Assembly: GCA_035248565.1 (NCBI GenBank)
Contig: DATFHH010000149.1
Location: 2,497-66,496 of the forward strand
Reading direction: 5' to 3'
Source of the DNA: Pyrinomonadaceae bacterium
GTDB taxonomy: Bacteria > Acidobacteriota > Blastocatellia > Pyrinomonadales > Pyrinomonadaceae
Length of the DNA stretch: 64,000 bases
Below the pieces are notes generated by a model that had not been told where the DNA came from, searched no databases, and worked only from the letters and a program-made list of their open reading frames with translations. Position numbers and translations under genes: made by a program. This document shows, in pieces, positions 37,490 to 47,628 of the stretch. Positions within the stretch are counted from its first letter, which is position 1. The number at the start of each line of letters is the position of its first letter.

Positions 37490-38830
37490 GCCGTTGACAC
37501 CAGCGCCCGCGAAAACAATTAACAAGGCGTGCATCGGTAGCACGTAGCGAATCTCAGTGTGCGCGGCTGTGCCTGGAACTAGATAGTAAAGTACGGTCAA
37601 GAGCAACAAACAAGTCAACCTCCAATTCGTTCGCGCCGCGACGTAAATTCCAAAGGCAGCCAACGGTAAGAACAGATAACGCACAACACTCTGAATCATA
37701 CCGAGCAAATTCACGGCCGCGGCGAGCACTCCGCCCTGCCACTGCGGCGACAAGCATTTCCTGCTCGTCACGTTGATGCCACTCGTTCCACAATACGGCA
37801 CCGGATCGCCGCCGCCGACTTTCAGCATGCCCCACATCCGGCCGGCCATCACGCCGATATACCAGATCTTATGTTGCCAAATAAATGCCATCGCTTCACG
37901 CGTTCGTTCGCGGTCGCGGCGAATTCCGTCAGGCCATTGCGGGTCGAGTGGAACGCCGGGCGGCAAGTTCATCTTCACGCGCTCGCGTTCGACCATCTTG
38001 TCATCTCCGAAAATGAATCCACCGCTTCTGCCCAATTCTGTTTCGCCAAGACCTTCCCACAAATTCACGCCGATCGTTCCACCGGTCGGAGTGAAATCAG
38101 GAAAGACGAAGTAGTTGCGTATAACTATCGGCGCGATCGTGACGAATGTTCCGAGTACAACTGCACCACTGAGTTTTAGTTTGCTTCGCCACGTCGTTTG
38201 CACAAAAACGAGCAGCCCGATGGCCCATGCGAAACATAAAAACAACGGATTCACCCGCAGCCAGCAAGCGATGCCGAGCGTCACGCCCGCCGCCAATGCG
38301 AGCCACACCTTCCTTCGTTGTGCGGCGAGCAGCAACAGCCAGTTGCCACCAAGCACAAACCACGTCGTCGGCATATCAGCCGACGGATAAGCCGCATACA
38401 ACGCAAATAGTGGTGACAGCGCAACCAAAAAACCACTCGCGATTGCGACGCGCCAACCGAATACACTAGCGGCGATTCCTCCGATCAAAAACAACGAAAG
38501 AATCAGATCGGCAAACCACAATACGATCTGAACTGAATAAGCTGAACGTTCGCCGGAGAGCTTGTAGATCAGCGCCACCAACGCGGGAAACGCCGGCGGA
38601 TATTGAACGAGGTCAGTGCGAGTAGGATCGTCGATCCAAAAGAGCTTTTGCCGGCCGTCGAGAATATCGCGTGCTTGTCGATCGAATTTTGCGTAAGAGC
38701 CAACTTGAAACCAACCTGGATCGTTGAGGTGCGCACGCATGAAATGCAGCGTGAGGACACGCACGCTAATCATGATTAGCAGCAACGTAAGGAGAGCTCC
38801 GGATGAACGCGGATGAAGGCGAATCGTCAT
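37466..38830 (-). CDS. polytopic membrane protein, GT-C/GT39-like glycosyltransferase or polymerase candidate
   Basis: 454 aa with more than 10 predicted TM helices and a periplasmic loop after TM1 (YAKFDRQARDILDG..FWIDDPTR). ATGA overlap with the upstream methyltransferase stop. Confidence 0.6.
   Translation of the reverse strand: MTIRLHPRSSGALLTLLLIMISVRVLTLHFMRAHLNDPGWFQVGSYAKFDRQARDILDGRQKLFWIDDPTRTDLVQYPPAFPALVALIYKLSGERSAYSVQIVLWFADLILSLFLIGGIAASVFGWRVAIASGFLVALSPLFALYAAYPSADMPTTWFVLGGNWLLLLAAQRRKVWLALAAGVTLGIACWLRVNPLFLCFAWAIGLLVFVQTTWRSKLKLSGAVVLGTFVTIAPIVIRNYFVFPDFTPTGGTIGVNLWEGLGETELGRSGGFIFGDDKMVERERVKMNLPPGVPLDPQWPDGIRRDRERTREAMAFIWQHKIWYIGVMAGRMWGMLKVGGGDPVPYCGTSGINVTSRKCLSPQWQGGVLAAAVNLLGMIQSVVRYLFLPLAAFGIYVAARTNWRLTCLLLLTVLYYLVPGTAAHTEIRYVLPMHALLIVFAGAGVNGLIRVIRG
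38799..38819. repeat. Family C words inside coding sequence, copy C8
   Basis: CCGGATGAACGCGGATGAAGG. Its complement encodes residues LHPRSSG (5-11) of the membrane protein. Confidence 0.6.
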
Positions 38831-39636
38831 TTGATGGCGGTGACGATCACGTTCCAGCCGATCTTTTTTTGCAGTGTCTCAAACATTGATTCGGAAACAA
38901 GTGGTGAGAGGAAGCGTAGTTCAGCGCGTGTTAACTGTTCTACTTCGACCTTCACGTCCGTGAACTGGCTGAAGAGCTCGCGCGCCTTTCGCCTGCTGTA
39001 GACTTTCACCAGTGGCCGCGCGTCGTGATCGCTGTGTTCGATCACGCGGCTCATTATTTCTTCCGCCGATCGTCCACGCAAAAACTCAGCGCCCAGCAAC
39101 CCGCGTCGCAAAACGATCTCGATCCAGTAGTTCAATGAGTTGCGATGGTAAAGCATCACTTTCGCCATGCCACCTGGCCGAAGCACACGATGCACTTCGC
39201 GTATCGCTCCGGCGGTATCGGGCGTGTGATGCAACACTCCGTTGGAGTAGACCACGTCGAAACTCTCGTCGCGAAACGGCAAATGCTCGCCGTCGGAAAT
39301 CATGAACGCGCCGTCAGCGTCGTATAGCTTGAAACGATGCCGAGTGATTTCGATCGAGCGCGGCGTCAGATCGATGCCGACGCACCGTGCTCCGTTGCGC
39401 GAAAACTGCAACAGGTCAGTGCCCATGCCGCAACCAATCTCGAGCAACTTTGCACCACGAAACTTTTCAAAGTCCATCACGCGTGGCATCCACGGTGCAT
39501 ACTCTGTGTAGCGATGTCGCTCGATAGCATCAAAAAACTCGCGCGTGCCGAGCTCGTGTTCGCGATCGTATTCAGCACCACAGGGATCCTGTGCCCAGTG
39601 CTCGCGAGCGCGAAGCTTTTCTTCAGCCAAGCTCAT
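38827..39636 (-). CDS. class I SAM-dependent methyltransferase
   Basis: Motif I LLEIGCGMGTDL, ..VVYSNGVLHH.., RVLRPGG. Confidence 0.85.
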   Translation of the reverse strand: MSLAEEKLRAREHWAQDPCGAEYDREHELGTREFFDAIERHRYTEYAPWMPRVMDFEKFRGAKLLEIGCGMGTDLLQFSRNGARCVGIDLTPRSIEITRHRFKLYDADGAFMISDGEHLPFRDESFDVVYSNGVLHHTPDTAGAIREVHRVLRPGGMAKVMLYHRNSLNYWIEIVLRRGLLGAEFLRGRSAEEIMSRVIEHSDHDARPLVKVYSRRKARELFSQFTDVKVEVEQLTRAELRFLSPLVSESMFETLQKKIGWNVIVTAIK

Positions 39637-39640
39637 CTGG

Positions 39641-41269
39641 TCAATCCTGCCGCAGGTTTTGATACGCCTCTAACACGCGCCGCGCATTGTGCGCCCAGGT
39701 AAAATTCTCGACGACAACTTCCCTCGCTCTCGCGCCCAATTTCTTCCTCAACTCAGCCGACTGAACCAGTTCGATGATAGCCGCCACGAGCTCTTTCACA
39801 TTTCCCGGTTCCACCAACAATGCTGTTTCTTTATCACTCAGGACTTCGCCGATCTGTCCGAGTCGACTCGCAACGATCGCCTTCCCCATCGCCATGTACT
39901 CAAATACTTTCGTCGGCGAACCAAAGAACTCGCTTCCGTCGGCGAGCGGCACGTGAGGAGCGACGAGTATGTCGCAGGCATCGAGCAGCGCCGGCACTCG
40001 ATCGTGCGCCACCGCGCCAGTAAAGATCACTCTGCCTTCGCGCGTTTCAACTTCCAGCTCTTTTTGGACTTCCGCAAGCAAACTGCCGCTTCCGATCAGC
40101 AGAAACCGCACCGGCAACTCACTCGAAATCGATTTGATTGCCGCAGCGAGCTTTTCGACGCCGTGCCATGGACCAAACGTCCCGACAAAACCAGCCGCCA
40201 CGTCATCGTCGTTCAATCCTAATTCGCGTCGCGCCGCGGCGCCCCCAACACCCGGTCGAAAACGTTCTACGTCAACACCATTCGGATTAACGACGATCTT
40301 GCTCGTGTCAACTCCGCGCGCCTCGAGATTCCGGCGCTCAACCTCAGAGACGACAAAAATACGCGCCGCAGCGTCAAGGTTCAATCGTTCGTAACGTTCC
40401 AACAGATCCAGCCGTCCGACTCGGTCCCAGTGTCGCCCAACCCACACCTCGGAACCGTTGTATTCGAGAAACAGCGGCCGCTTCGTGCGCAGGGCCGCAA
40501 CCACGCCGGCCCAACTGAACCGCGCATATCGTTGGTAAATAAAATCCGGCCGAGCGCGCTCGACAAGCGGCACTGCGCCACGCGTGAATACGAGATTGTT
40601 ATGAATATCGAAAAGTGCGCGCGTGCCACCGCCGGGTTGCGGCGGGACGACGGTAAACCGATCGTTCGCCGCCTCTATCCCCGCGATCAGATCGTTGCTG
40701 ATAATGTGCACTTGAACACCGAGTGCCTCGAGCGCTTCGACCACACCTTTAATATGACTCGCGGCGCCGCCCGCCTGCGTGCCTGGTCCTGGCGTGGCGC
40801 GAAGGTAAACAACTCGAGAGGCGTTTTTTTTGGACGGCTTTGCGTGGCCGCTCGTAGAATTCTTCTGAACTTCTTGTTCAAGCCTCAACAATTCACAGCG
40901 CGACTGCGCGACATCAGTCGCACCCGTTAACGTTTCACGGCTCAGCCGAACCGGCGCGCCGGCGAGCAGATTCGCTCGCGACTTGCGCACCAGTCCACCA
41001 TGCGCGTCGATCATCAATACTTCGCGAGCTCCGGCGAGTGCACCAAACAGCATGAACAGATGTTGTCCGCGTTGCCACGGCAATCGTTCTGTCGCAATCG
41101 CCAGCACGTCCGGACGCAACGCGCGCAACGACTTCAAACGTTTCAAATGACTACCAGTCTCAAATTCAGCGCGCGAGATGAGATCGATCGAGCATTGGGG
41201 ATAGAGTTGGACCAATTGGTCTTGCCAGCGAGACAAGTCGCCGCTGAGTGCCAGCAGAACAACCTTCAT
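39641..41269 (-). CDS. glycosyltransferase family 1/4 with ~190-aa N-terminal domain of unknown function
   Basis: GT-B C-terminal region with EFFGSPTKVFEYMAMGKAIVAS (E-x7-E). ATG 41269 forms an ATGA overlap with the flippase stop. Confidence 0.8.
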   Translation of the reverse strand: MKVVLLALSGDLSRWQDQLVQLYPQCSIDLISRAEFETGSHLKRLKSLRALRPDVLAIATERLPWQRGQHLFMLFGALAGAREVLMIDAHGGLVRKSRANLLAGAPVRLSRETLTGATDVAQSRCELLRLEQEVQKNSTSGHAKPSKKNASRVVYLRATPGPGTQAGGAASHIKGVVEALEALGVQVHIISNDLIAGIEAANDRFTVVPPQPGGGTRALFDIHNNLVFTRGAVPLVERARPDFIYQRYARFSWAGVVAALRTKRPLFLEYNGSEVWVGRHWDRVGRLDLLERYERLNLDAAARIFVVSEVERRNLEARGVDTSKIVVNPNGVDVERFRPGVGGAAARRELGLNDDDVAAGFVGTFGPWHGVEKLAAAIKSISSELPVRFLLIGSGSLLAEVQKELEVETREGRVIFTGAVAHDRVPALLDACDILVAPHVPLADGSEFFGSPTKVFEYMAMGKAIVASRLGQIGEVLSDKETALLVEPGNVKELVAAIIELVQSAELRKKLGARAREVVVENFTWAHNARRVLEAYQNLRQD

Positions 41270-42516
41270 CCACGCAAACTCCCCAGCACAAAGACTTCTG
41301 TGAACGAACGTCCGGTGCTGGTGTGAAAGTGCAAAGCGACCAGTGCGAAGATCGCAGCGTAACTGATCGTCGAAGCGATCGCAGCACCCTGTGCGCCGAA
41401 GCGCGGCACTAGCCCAAAAACCAGAATCAGGTTCAACACTAACGTAATAACCCAATAGATCGGGATCGCACGAGGCAGTCCGAGAGCGTTGAAGTGTTGG
41501 ACCAGCACCGATTCCAAACCCATGAGATAAACGCCGGGCAAGAGGATCAGCAGCAACTTAGTCGCGTCGGCGAACACGTTGCCGTACACCAGCGGCAATA
41601 ACAGGCTCAACGGCACTGCAGCCAGGCAACAGATAAACATGATCAGCGTCGTGTAGCGTGTGACCAAACAAGTCGTCTCACCACGCGCGTCCTGTTCGGC
41701 AGTAACCCTCGGAAACAGTAATGTTGCAATCACACCCGGCAACAGCATCAACAAAAGCGCGAATTGCGAAGCGACACTGTAAACACCGGCTTCGGCGGCC
41801 CCACGAAAATGATTGACGACGAGCAAGTCGGCGCGGAGGATGATCGCACCCGCCAGAATCGAAATATGAAACTTGATGCCGTAGGTGATCATGCGTCGCA
41901 GCAGAGTCACGTCAGCTCGCCATTGCGATTGCGCGAGGTTCTTGGCGGAAGCCACCAGCAGCGAACCGATAACGATACTGACCAAAATGCTGGCGACGGT
42001 GTTGAACGTCACCAGCGTTTTTAGTCCGCTGCTGAGAACGATCAGAGCCAGCAGCGCATTGATCAGTACAAACGATTGTCCCGCGAGATCGAGCAGATTG
42101 AACTCTTTTATTTTTCCAACCGCGAGCAGAATGTTTAGCCCAATCAATGCGATCAGTTGAAAAGGAATTGAGATCGCCGCGATGCGAATGAGTTCAGGTG
42201 AGACGAAGCCAAACCAGTCGGCACAAAGCGAGGCCATTACACTTAACGCGATTGCGAGAATCGAGCCGATGACGAGAGCAAAAATCAGCGAGTTGATCGC
42301 GGCAGAGCGGAAGCGCGCCTGGTCCTGCGCGATGAAATAAGTATTCGAAGAAGGAAGACCAAAACTGCCGAGCTGAACGATTGTTGCCACTGCGACGTTG
42401 ATGACGGCCAACTGACCGACTCCCTCAGCCCCAAGCCATCGCGCCACGATGATGCCCGCGGCCACGCTGTTGAAGATCATTAGCAGACGTGTCGCGAAGG
42501 TCCATGCAACTTTCAT
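41266..42516 (-). CDS. wzx: Wzx-type polysaccharide flippase (MOP superfamily)
   Basis: ~416 aa with about 12-14 TM helices, typical polysaccharide-biosynthesis (PST) protein pattern. ATG 42516 lies in the left arm of repeat A6. Confidence 0.78.
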   Translation of the reverse strand: MKVAWTFATRLLMIFNSVAAGIIVARWLGAEGVGQLAVINVAVATIVQLGSFGLPSSNTYFIAQDQARFRSAAINSLIFALVIGSILAIALSVMASLCADWFGFVSPELIRIAAISIPFQLIALIGLNILLAVGKIKEFNLLDLAGQSFVLINALLALIVLSSGLKTLVTFNTVASILVSIVIGSLLVASAKNLAQSQWRADVTLLRRMITYGIKFHISILAGAIILRADLLVVNHFRGAAEAGVYSVASQFALLLMLLPGVIATLLFPRVTAEQDARGETTCLVTRYTTLIMFICCLAAVPLSLLLPLVYGNVFADATKLLLILLPGVYLMGLESVLVQHFNALGLPRAIPIYWVITLVLNLILVFGLVPRFGAQGAAIASTISYAAIFALVALHFHTSTGRSFTEVFVLGSLRG

Positions 42517-42555
42517 CCACAGATTACGCAGATTTAATCTGTGTAATCTGTGGAT
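42514..42555. repeat. Family A palindromic element, copy A6 (almost no loop)
   Basis: CATCCACAGATTACGCAGATT, t, then AATCTGTGTAATCTGTGGAT. Overlaps the asnB-like stop (42524) and the wzx start. Confidence 0.9.
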
Positions 42556-44482
42556 TGCTTCTGTCGATCCAACGCTCATACCAGAGGCTCAAATTCAGTA
42601 ATGCCCAAAGATGAAATCCCCAATCTTTCGTCTGCCTGCGGTGCTCATCCAACATGCGGCCGACAAACCCGTAATCGAGTAGATCTCGCCTGCGCATGGT
42701 CGAGTTCATCACATGTTCGTCAAACCATCCTCCGAGACTTTCTCTAAACCACTCACGCACGGGTGCGCCAAAACCGCGTTTGCGTTCGTAAAGCAAATCG
42801 CGCGGCAGGACCTCTTCGAGCGCGCGTTTGAGAATGTGTTTGCCGCTCGCCCCTTCGACCTTCAAAGAGCGCGGCAAACCGAGCGCGTATTCAACGAGGT
42901 GATGATCGAGAAACGGCACGCGCGCCTCGACGCTCGTCGCCATCGTGATCTTATCAACTCGCATCAACAACAGTTCCGGTAGGCGCAGTTTCAACTCGAG
43001 ATAAGTCATGCGCGCCAGGAAATCCGAGTCGGGCCGCTCTCGCTCGACGTGCTTTAGATACGACTCGACCACCCGCAGCGATGAGAGACCATTCAAACGT
43101 TCGCGGATTTGCTGGGAAAGCACTCGCGGTTTGAAAGTCTCGTCGTAGACCACCACGCCACCCCAAAACAACGGCTCGTCAGCGCCGAGGCGGCGGATCA
43201 ACTCGATCGCCGCGCGTTTGCGACCGGTGGCTTCAAGCGCCGGTCGCGAAAGATTTGAGATCGCGCGACGCAATGAAAGTGGCAACGCTTCAGCGTGTCG
43301 CCAAAAATTCTCATAGATGCGCAAATGGCGCACGTAATTTTCATATCCGCTAAAGATCTCGTCTGACCCTTCGCCGACCTGGACCACGATGGTTCCCGAA
43401 TCGCGCGCCAACTTTGAAACGTAATAAAGCGGCACGCAAACCGGATCGGCGATCGGCTCGTCCTGATGAAACACCATTTGCGGCAGAAAGTCGTGCATCT
43501 CTTTTTCGGAGATGATCACTTCGTGATGGTTCGTGCCAAACTCTTTTGCGATTCGACGTGCGGGTTCCAGCTCGTTCAGGTATTCGGCGTCACTGAAGCC
43601 GACCGTAAATGTTTCAACAGGGCGCGACATCTGTTCCGACATCAACGCGACGTTTGCAGACGAATCAACGCCGCCTGACAGAAAAACTCCGAACGGCACG
43701 TCAGACATCATCCGTTTGCGAATCGAGTCGCGTAGCAGTCGAAGGATTTCGGCGCGCTGCTCTTGTTCGTCACGTGCGATAGTTTGTTGCGGAGGAAGCG
43801 CATCCCAGTATCGCTGCATGTTGAGCGAACCGTCGCGCTTGACGATCAAAGTATGACCTGCGGGGAGCTTGTGGATGTCGCGAAACAGCGTGGTTGGCGC
43901 TGGAGTAGTTAAAAAAGTGAGGTAGTGATAGAGCGCTTGCTCGTCGATGTCGGGTGTTACTGCCGGATGTTGCAGGATCGATTTGATCTCTGACGCGAAA
44001 ATGAAACGCCCGTCCTTGTGATAGAAGTAGAGCGGTTTGACTCCGACGCGATCGCGAACGAGCACGAGTCGTTCTTTACGTGCGTCCCACAACGCGATCG
44101 CATAATCACCTTCGATCTCGTGAATGAAATCGAGGCCGCGTTCTTCGTAAAGATGCAGAATGGTTTCAGAGTCGGTGCGGGAGGCGTATTTGTGCCCACG
44201 CTTTTCGAGATCAGCGCGTAGTAACGCGTGGTTGTAGATCTCGCCGTTGAAGACGAGCCAAGTGTCTTCGTCACAGCCGTGCATCGGTTGATGACCGGCG
44301 GCGGAGAGGTCGATGATCGAGAGCCGCCTAAAACCAAAACCTCCCCGACGATCGTCAAAGATCAACTCACCGGCGTCATCCGGTCCGCGATGGACCATCT
44401 CATCACGCATACGCGCGAGGAGCGACTCTTCAATCGAGCTCTCACTCGCCCCGTATTCCCAAACTCCACAAATCCCACACAT
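42524..44482 (-). CDS. asparagine synthase (glutamine-hydrolysing) family amidotransferase, paralog 2
   Basis: MCGICGVW start and PP-loop VFLSGGVDSS. The last 10 codons (NPQITQIKSA*) are repeat A6. Confidence 0.88.
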   Translation of the reverse strand: MCGICGVWEYGASESSIEESLLARMRDEMVHRGPDDAGELIFDDRRGGFGFRRLSIIDLSAAGHQPMHGCDEDTWLVFNGEIYNHALLRADLEKRGHKYASRTDSETILHLYEERGLDFIHEIEGDYAIALWDARKERLVLVRDRVGVKPLYFYHKDGRFIFASEIKSILQHPAVTPDIDEQALYHYLTFLTTPAPTTLFRDIHKLPAGHTLIVKRDGSLNMQRYWDALPPQQTIARDEQEQRAEILRLLRDSIRKRMMSDVPFGVFLSGGVDSSANVALMSEQMSRPVETFTVGFSDAEYLNELEPARRIAKEFGTNHHEVIISEKEMHDFLPQMVFHQDEPIADPVCVPLYYVSKLARDSGTIVVQVGEGSDEIFSGYENYVRHLRIYENFWRHAEALPLSLRRAISNLSRPALEATGRKRAAIELIRRLGADEPLFWGGVVVYDETFKPRVLSQQIRERLNGLSSLRVVESYLKHVERERPDSDFLARMTYLELKLRLPELLLMRVDKITMATSVEARVPFLDHHLVEYALGLPRSLKVEGASGKHILKRALEEVLPRDLLYERKRGFGAPVREWFRESLGGWFDEHVMNSTMRRRDLLDYGFVGRMLDEHRRQTKDWGFHLWALLNLSLWYERWIDRSNPQITQIKSA

Positions 44483-44515
44483 AATCCGTTACAAATCCGC
44501 GTTATCCGCGGCTAA
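44481..44515. repeat. Family C element, copy C9
   Basis: ATAATCCGTTACAAATCCGCGTTATCCGCGGCTAA. Holds the heparinase-like stop (44489) and abuts the asnB-like ATG (44482). Confidence 0.85.
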
Positions 44516-46366
44516 CACCCACTTAATCTTGCGCGGCCTACCTGAAATGCGCCAGCACGCCGCCAACGATTCCTTCATTTCACCATAGTCCCGCGATACC
44601 GCCGGCCTCTCCAACACCGCCTCAAGCTCGGTAATTATTCTCAATCGAGCATCACCCATGCGCGCCTCAACACCCTCACCCGTCAGCTTTACCTCAACCT
44701 CCGGCGCGAAATGAAATCTCACCTCGTAATCATGCTCGCCTTCACCAAAAAACTCGTCCTCAATTAACCAACGCCGCTCACGCTTCTCGAACGTAACCGA
44801 CCGCCGGTGAACGACCGAATATCCATAGTGTTCCGCAACAACCTTGTCAAAGTCGTCGCTTGTTTTCCACTCCAGCACACGCGGCTTCGCTTCATTTCCG
44901 ATCACAAACGGCATTTGCGGATCAATCGTATTCTGCTCTTTGCCGTCGATCTTCACCGTTGAATGATACGCAGTCGAACGAAAGTCATGACGCTTCTGAA
45001 GATCGGCGGAATAGACATACGTTCCGGGATCGATAATGAACGCGTGCCCGCCGGCCGAGACCTCGATGCTCAGCGCATCATTGTGTCCATGCGACCCTCG
45101 ACCATTTATTCCCGCATCACTCGCGTTGAAGTAAAGATAGAGATCGCCATCGCGCATGATGTAAGTGCCCGCATGCGGAAACGCCTTCGACACCGCGCAT
45201 GTCTCGAGATCATCGAAGACAGTCGAGCCGATCGCCAAAAGATAAGCGTGGTCATCGGCGCGGCGACGCACAAATGGTAGAACCTGTCCGCTATCTGTAT
45301 CACCAATCAGGGGAGCAAATCCGTCCGGGCGTAAGTACGCAGAAATGTATACCAGCATTTGCCGCAACTTGGCCCAATACCGCGCTTCGATCTCGACATT
45401 GTTGGCGCGGCAAAGCAGAAATGAATAGAGAAACAGTTCCGTAACGAAGCGATGATAGCCGGTTGACGCTTCGAAATCTGCTCCGTCACCAAGCACCTGC
45501 TTGTCCATCTCGCGGAGCATTTCGTTCAAGCCAAAATCGCGCCACTCTTCAGCGGCACGAAGCTCCGGCAGCATCAGTCCCAACCAGAGCAGTCCCACGA
45601 CATCGGAGAGGTAGTGGTTGCTGGTGGCAATGTAAGAGAACTCGAGATTGCGTCGTATATATTTGCCATGCTGCTGGAGCAGTTGCAGAAAGTGCAACAG
45701 AAAATCGGCAGTCAATTCCGGCGAATGCCGGAACGTTTCAAATGCCGCCACCAAATTCATCGCACGCAGTGCCACTTCCATGGCACAGGTCCAGTTTGGA
45801 CCACGCCCGTAAGGATTTTGCTCGACCCAGCTGCCGACTTGTGCAAAAAACTCGGCGGCATGTCGCTCATCTTTCGTCAGCGAGTAAGCACTGGCGAGCA
45901 TGAGGAAATGGCCCAGGCGGTTCAGCTCCCACAGCACGCGCACATCTGAACCATCGTTGCGCATTAACTTGATATCGCGATGGTAATCCAGCGACCAAAC
46001 ATAATTTGAAAGCGGATCGCGCGTCCATTGAATGTCTTTACCGAAACACTTCTCGCCGAAACCGAGCAAAGGCCACGAATGATCGTTAACGATGCGGTTT
46101 GCCGAAGAGAGCAGCTCTGCCGCGTCTTGCTCGACAACCATGTCAAAGAGCTTCGCCTGACGAGCACTACGAAAGTGCGCCAGCAATTCATCCGCGCTCA
46201 TGCCTGCGAAACTACTCGTTAGCGCCAGTGGTTCATTGTCGTTTAGACCGGCGCGTTCTTTCCGTTGCTGAAGCGACACTCGACTACGCCGCCAGGCTTC
46301 GAGCGCCGCGGTCGTCAGTTTCACTTCTCCTCTAACTGCGCGTTTGATTTTCTTTAGAACTGCCAT
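44489..46366 (-). CDS. heparinase II/III-like (alginate-lyase-fold N-domain + heparinase II/III C-domain) protein
   Basis: ~625 aa. WELNRLGH.., ..NHYLS.., HGHNDALS motifs resemble heparinase II/III family members commonly found in O-antigen/EPS clusters (recognition from memory). Confidence 0.7.
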   Translation of the reverse strand: MAVLKKIKRAVRGEVKLTTAALEAWRRSRVSLQQRKERAGLNDNEPLALTSSFAGMSADELLAHFRSARQAKLFDMVVEQDAAELLSSANRIVNDHSWPLLGFGEKCFGKDIQWTRDPLSNYVWSLDYHRDIKLMRNDGSDVRVLWELNRLGHFLMLASAYSLTKDERHAAEFFAQVGSWVEQNPYGRGPNWTCAMEVALRAMNLVAAFETFRHSPELTADFLLHFLQLLQQHGKYIRRNLEFSYIATSNHYLSDVVGLLWLGLMLPELRAAEEWRDFGLNEMLREMDKQVLGDGADFEASTGYHRFVTELFLYSFLLCRANNVEIEARYWAKLRQMLVYISAYLRPDGFAPLIGDTDSGQVLPFVRRRADDHAYLLAIGSTVFDDLETCAVSKAFPHAGTYIMRDGDLYLYFNASDAGINGRGSHGHNDALSIEVSAGGHAFIIDPGTYVYSADLQKRHDFRSTAYHSTVKIDGKEQNTIDPQMPFVIGNEAKPRVLEWKTSDDFDKVVAEHYGYSVVHRRSVTFEKRERRWLIEDEFFGEGEHDYEVRFHFAPEVEVKLTGEGVEARMGDARLRIITELEAVLERPAVSRDYGEMKESLAACWRISGRPRKIKWVLAADNADL

Positions 46367-46388
46367 CAATGGAGTGTTTGAATCGGGC

Positions 46389-46482
46389 GTCTCCTTGGAG
46401 TGCGGCGACCTGGCGCCGCTTTGTTATCGATCAAGCGTGACCGATATTAAAGCGGCGCCAGGCCGCCGCACTCCAAGGAGAC
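46389..46482. repeat. Family B element, copy B2
   Basis: GTCTCCTTGGAGTGCGGCGACCTGGCGCCGCTTT (46389-46422), 26-nt spacer, then AAAGCGGCGCCAGGCCGCCGCACTCCAAGGAGAC (46449-46482). One arm mismatch. The wecB stop is inside the right arm. Confidence 0.92.
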
Positions 46483-47586
46483 ACCCAGTTCACTCTCTTC
46501 GAGCGCATTGAGGATACGCTCAGAGGTGCGCCCATCCCAAAGAGGCGGCTGGCGGGTAGCCCTTTTTGCCGAACCATTTAAGGCGGCGGTCGCTTCGGCG
46601 ATGATCCTGGCAGTGTCAGTGCCGACGATGACATTTGTGCCTATCTCGACGGTGATCGGGCGTTCCGTATTTTCCCGCAGCGTGAGGCAGGGAATACCGA
46701 GCGCGGTCGTCTCTTCCTGAATACCGCCGGAGTCTGTCAGCACCAGTCGCGCGCTGCTCGAGAGGTTCAGAAAGTCGAGATAACCGAGCGGATCGATAGT
46801 GCGCAACTCTTTTATCGATTCGACTCGATTGCTCAAACCGAGTTCAGCGATTGTCTTGCGTGTTCGCGGGTGCACTGGAAACAGGATCGGTACCTTCTGT
46901 GCGATCACTTCCAGCGCGGCGAGGATTCGCTCGAACGAGTCGCGCAGATCGACATTTGATGGTCGATGAAGCGTTAGCAGCGCGTAATCAGCCCCGCTGA
47001 GGCCGAGCTTTTCTCTCGTGCGCAGATCTCGCGCTGTTTCGAGGTTTTTTTGCAGCGAGTCGATCATCACATTGCCGACCAGACGAATTCGTTCGCGCGG
47101 GATTCCTTCGGCGAGCAGGTTCTCGTCAGCATCGTGCGACGGCGTGAAAAGCAGATCGGCGATCTGATCGGTGAGCAGCCGGTTGATCTCTTCCGGCATC
47201 GACCGATCGCGGCTGCGTAGTCCCGCTTCAACGTGCGCCACCTTTACGCCCAACTTCACACAAACAAGCGCGCAAGCAAGTGTTGAGTTAACGTCGCCAA
47301 CGACCAAAACCCAGTCAGGTTTTTCGCGCAGCACGACCGGTTCGAAGCGTTCCATCACCGCTGCGGTTTGAGCGGCATGCGAAGCGGAGCCAACGCCGAG
47401 ATGAGTGTCAGGTTGCGGCAGATCGAGATCGTGAAAAAACGAATCAGACATTGCTGAGTCGTAATGTTGGCCGGTGTGAACGACGAGCGGTTGAAAGCGC
47501 GTGGGACGCCGCTTCATTGCGGCGACAATGGGCGCCACCTTCATGAAGTTGGGCCGCGCGCCGACAACATTTATCACTTTCAGCAT
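46447..47586 (-). CDS. wecB: UDP-N-acetylglucosamine 2-epimerase (non-hydrolysing)
   Basis: VVGARPNFMK, ..VHTGQHYD.., VVGDVNSTLA, HVEAGLRS, TDSGGIQEE motifs. The C-terminal SLECGGLAPL* comes from repeat B2. Confidence 0.9.
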   Translation of the reverse strand: MLKVINVVGARPNFMKVAPIVAAMKRRPTRFQPLVVHTGQHYDSAMSDSFFHDLDLPQPDTHLGVGSASHAAQTAAVMERFEPVVLREKPDWVLVVGDVNSTLACALVCVKLGVKVAHVEAGLRSRDRSMPEEINRLLTDQIADLLFTPSHDADENLLAEGIPRERIRLVGNVMIDSLQKNLETARDLRTREKLGLSGADYALLTLHRPSNVDLRDSFERILAALEVIAQKVPILFPVHPRTRKTIAELGLSNRVESIKELRTIDPLGYLDFLNLSSSARLVLTDSGGIQEETTALGIPCLTLRENTERPITVEIGTNVIVGTDTARIIAEATAALNGSAKRATRQPPLWDGRTSERILNALEESELGVSLECGGLAPL

Positions 47587-47598
47587 TGATCGTTTGTA

Positions 47599-47627
47599 GC
47601 CACAGATGACGCGGATGAAGACAGATT
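47599..47627. repeat. Family A/C hybrid three-word element, copy C10
   Basis: GCCACAGATGACGCGGATGAAGACAGATT, between the dehydrogenase stop (47629) and the wecB ATG (47586). Confidence 0.75.
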
Positions 47628-47628
47628 T

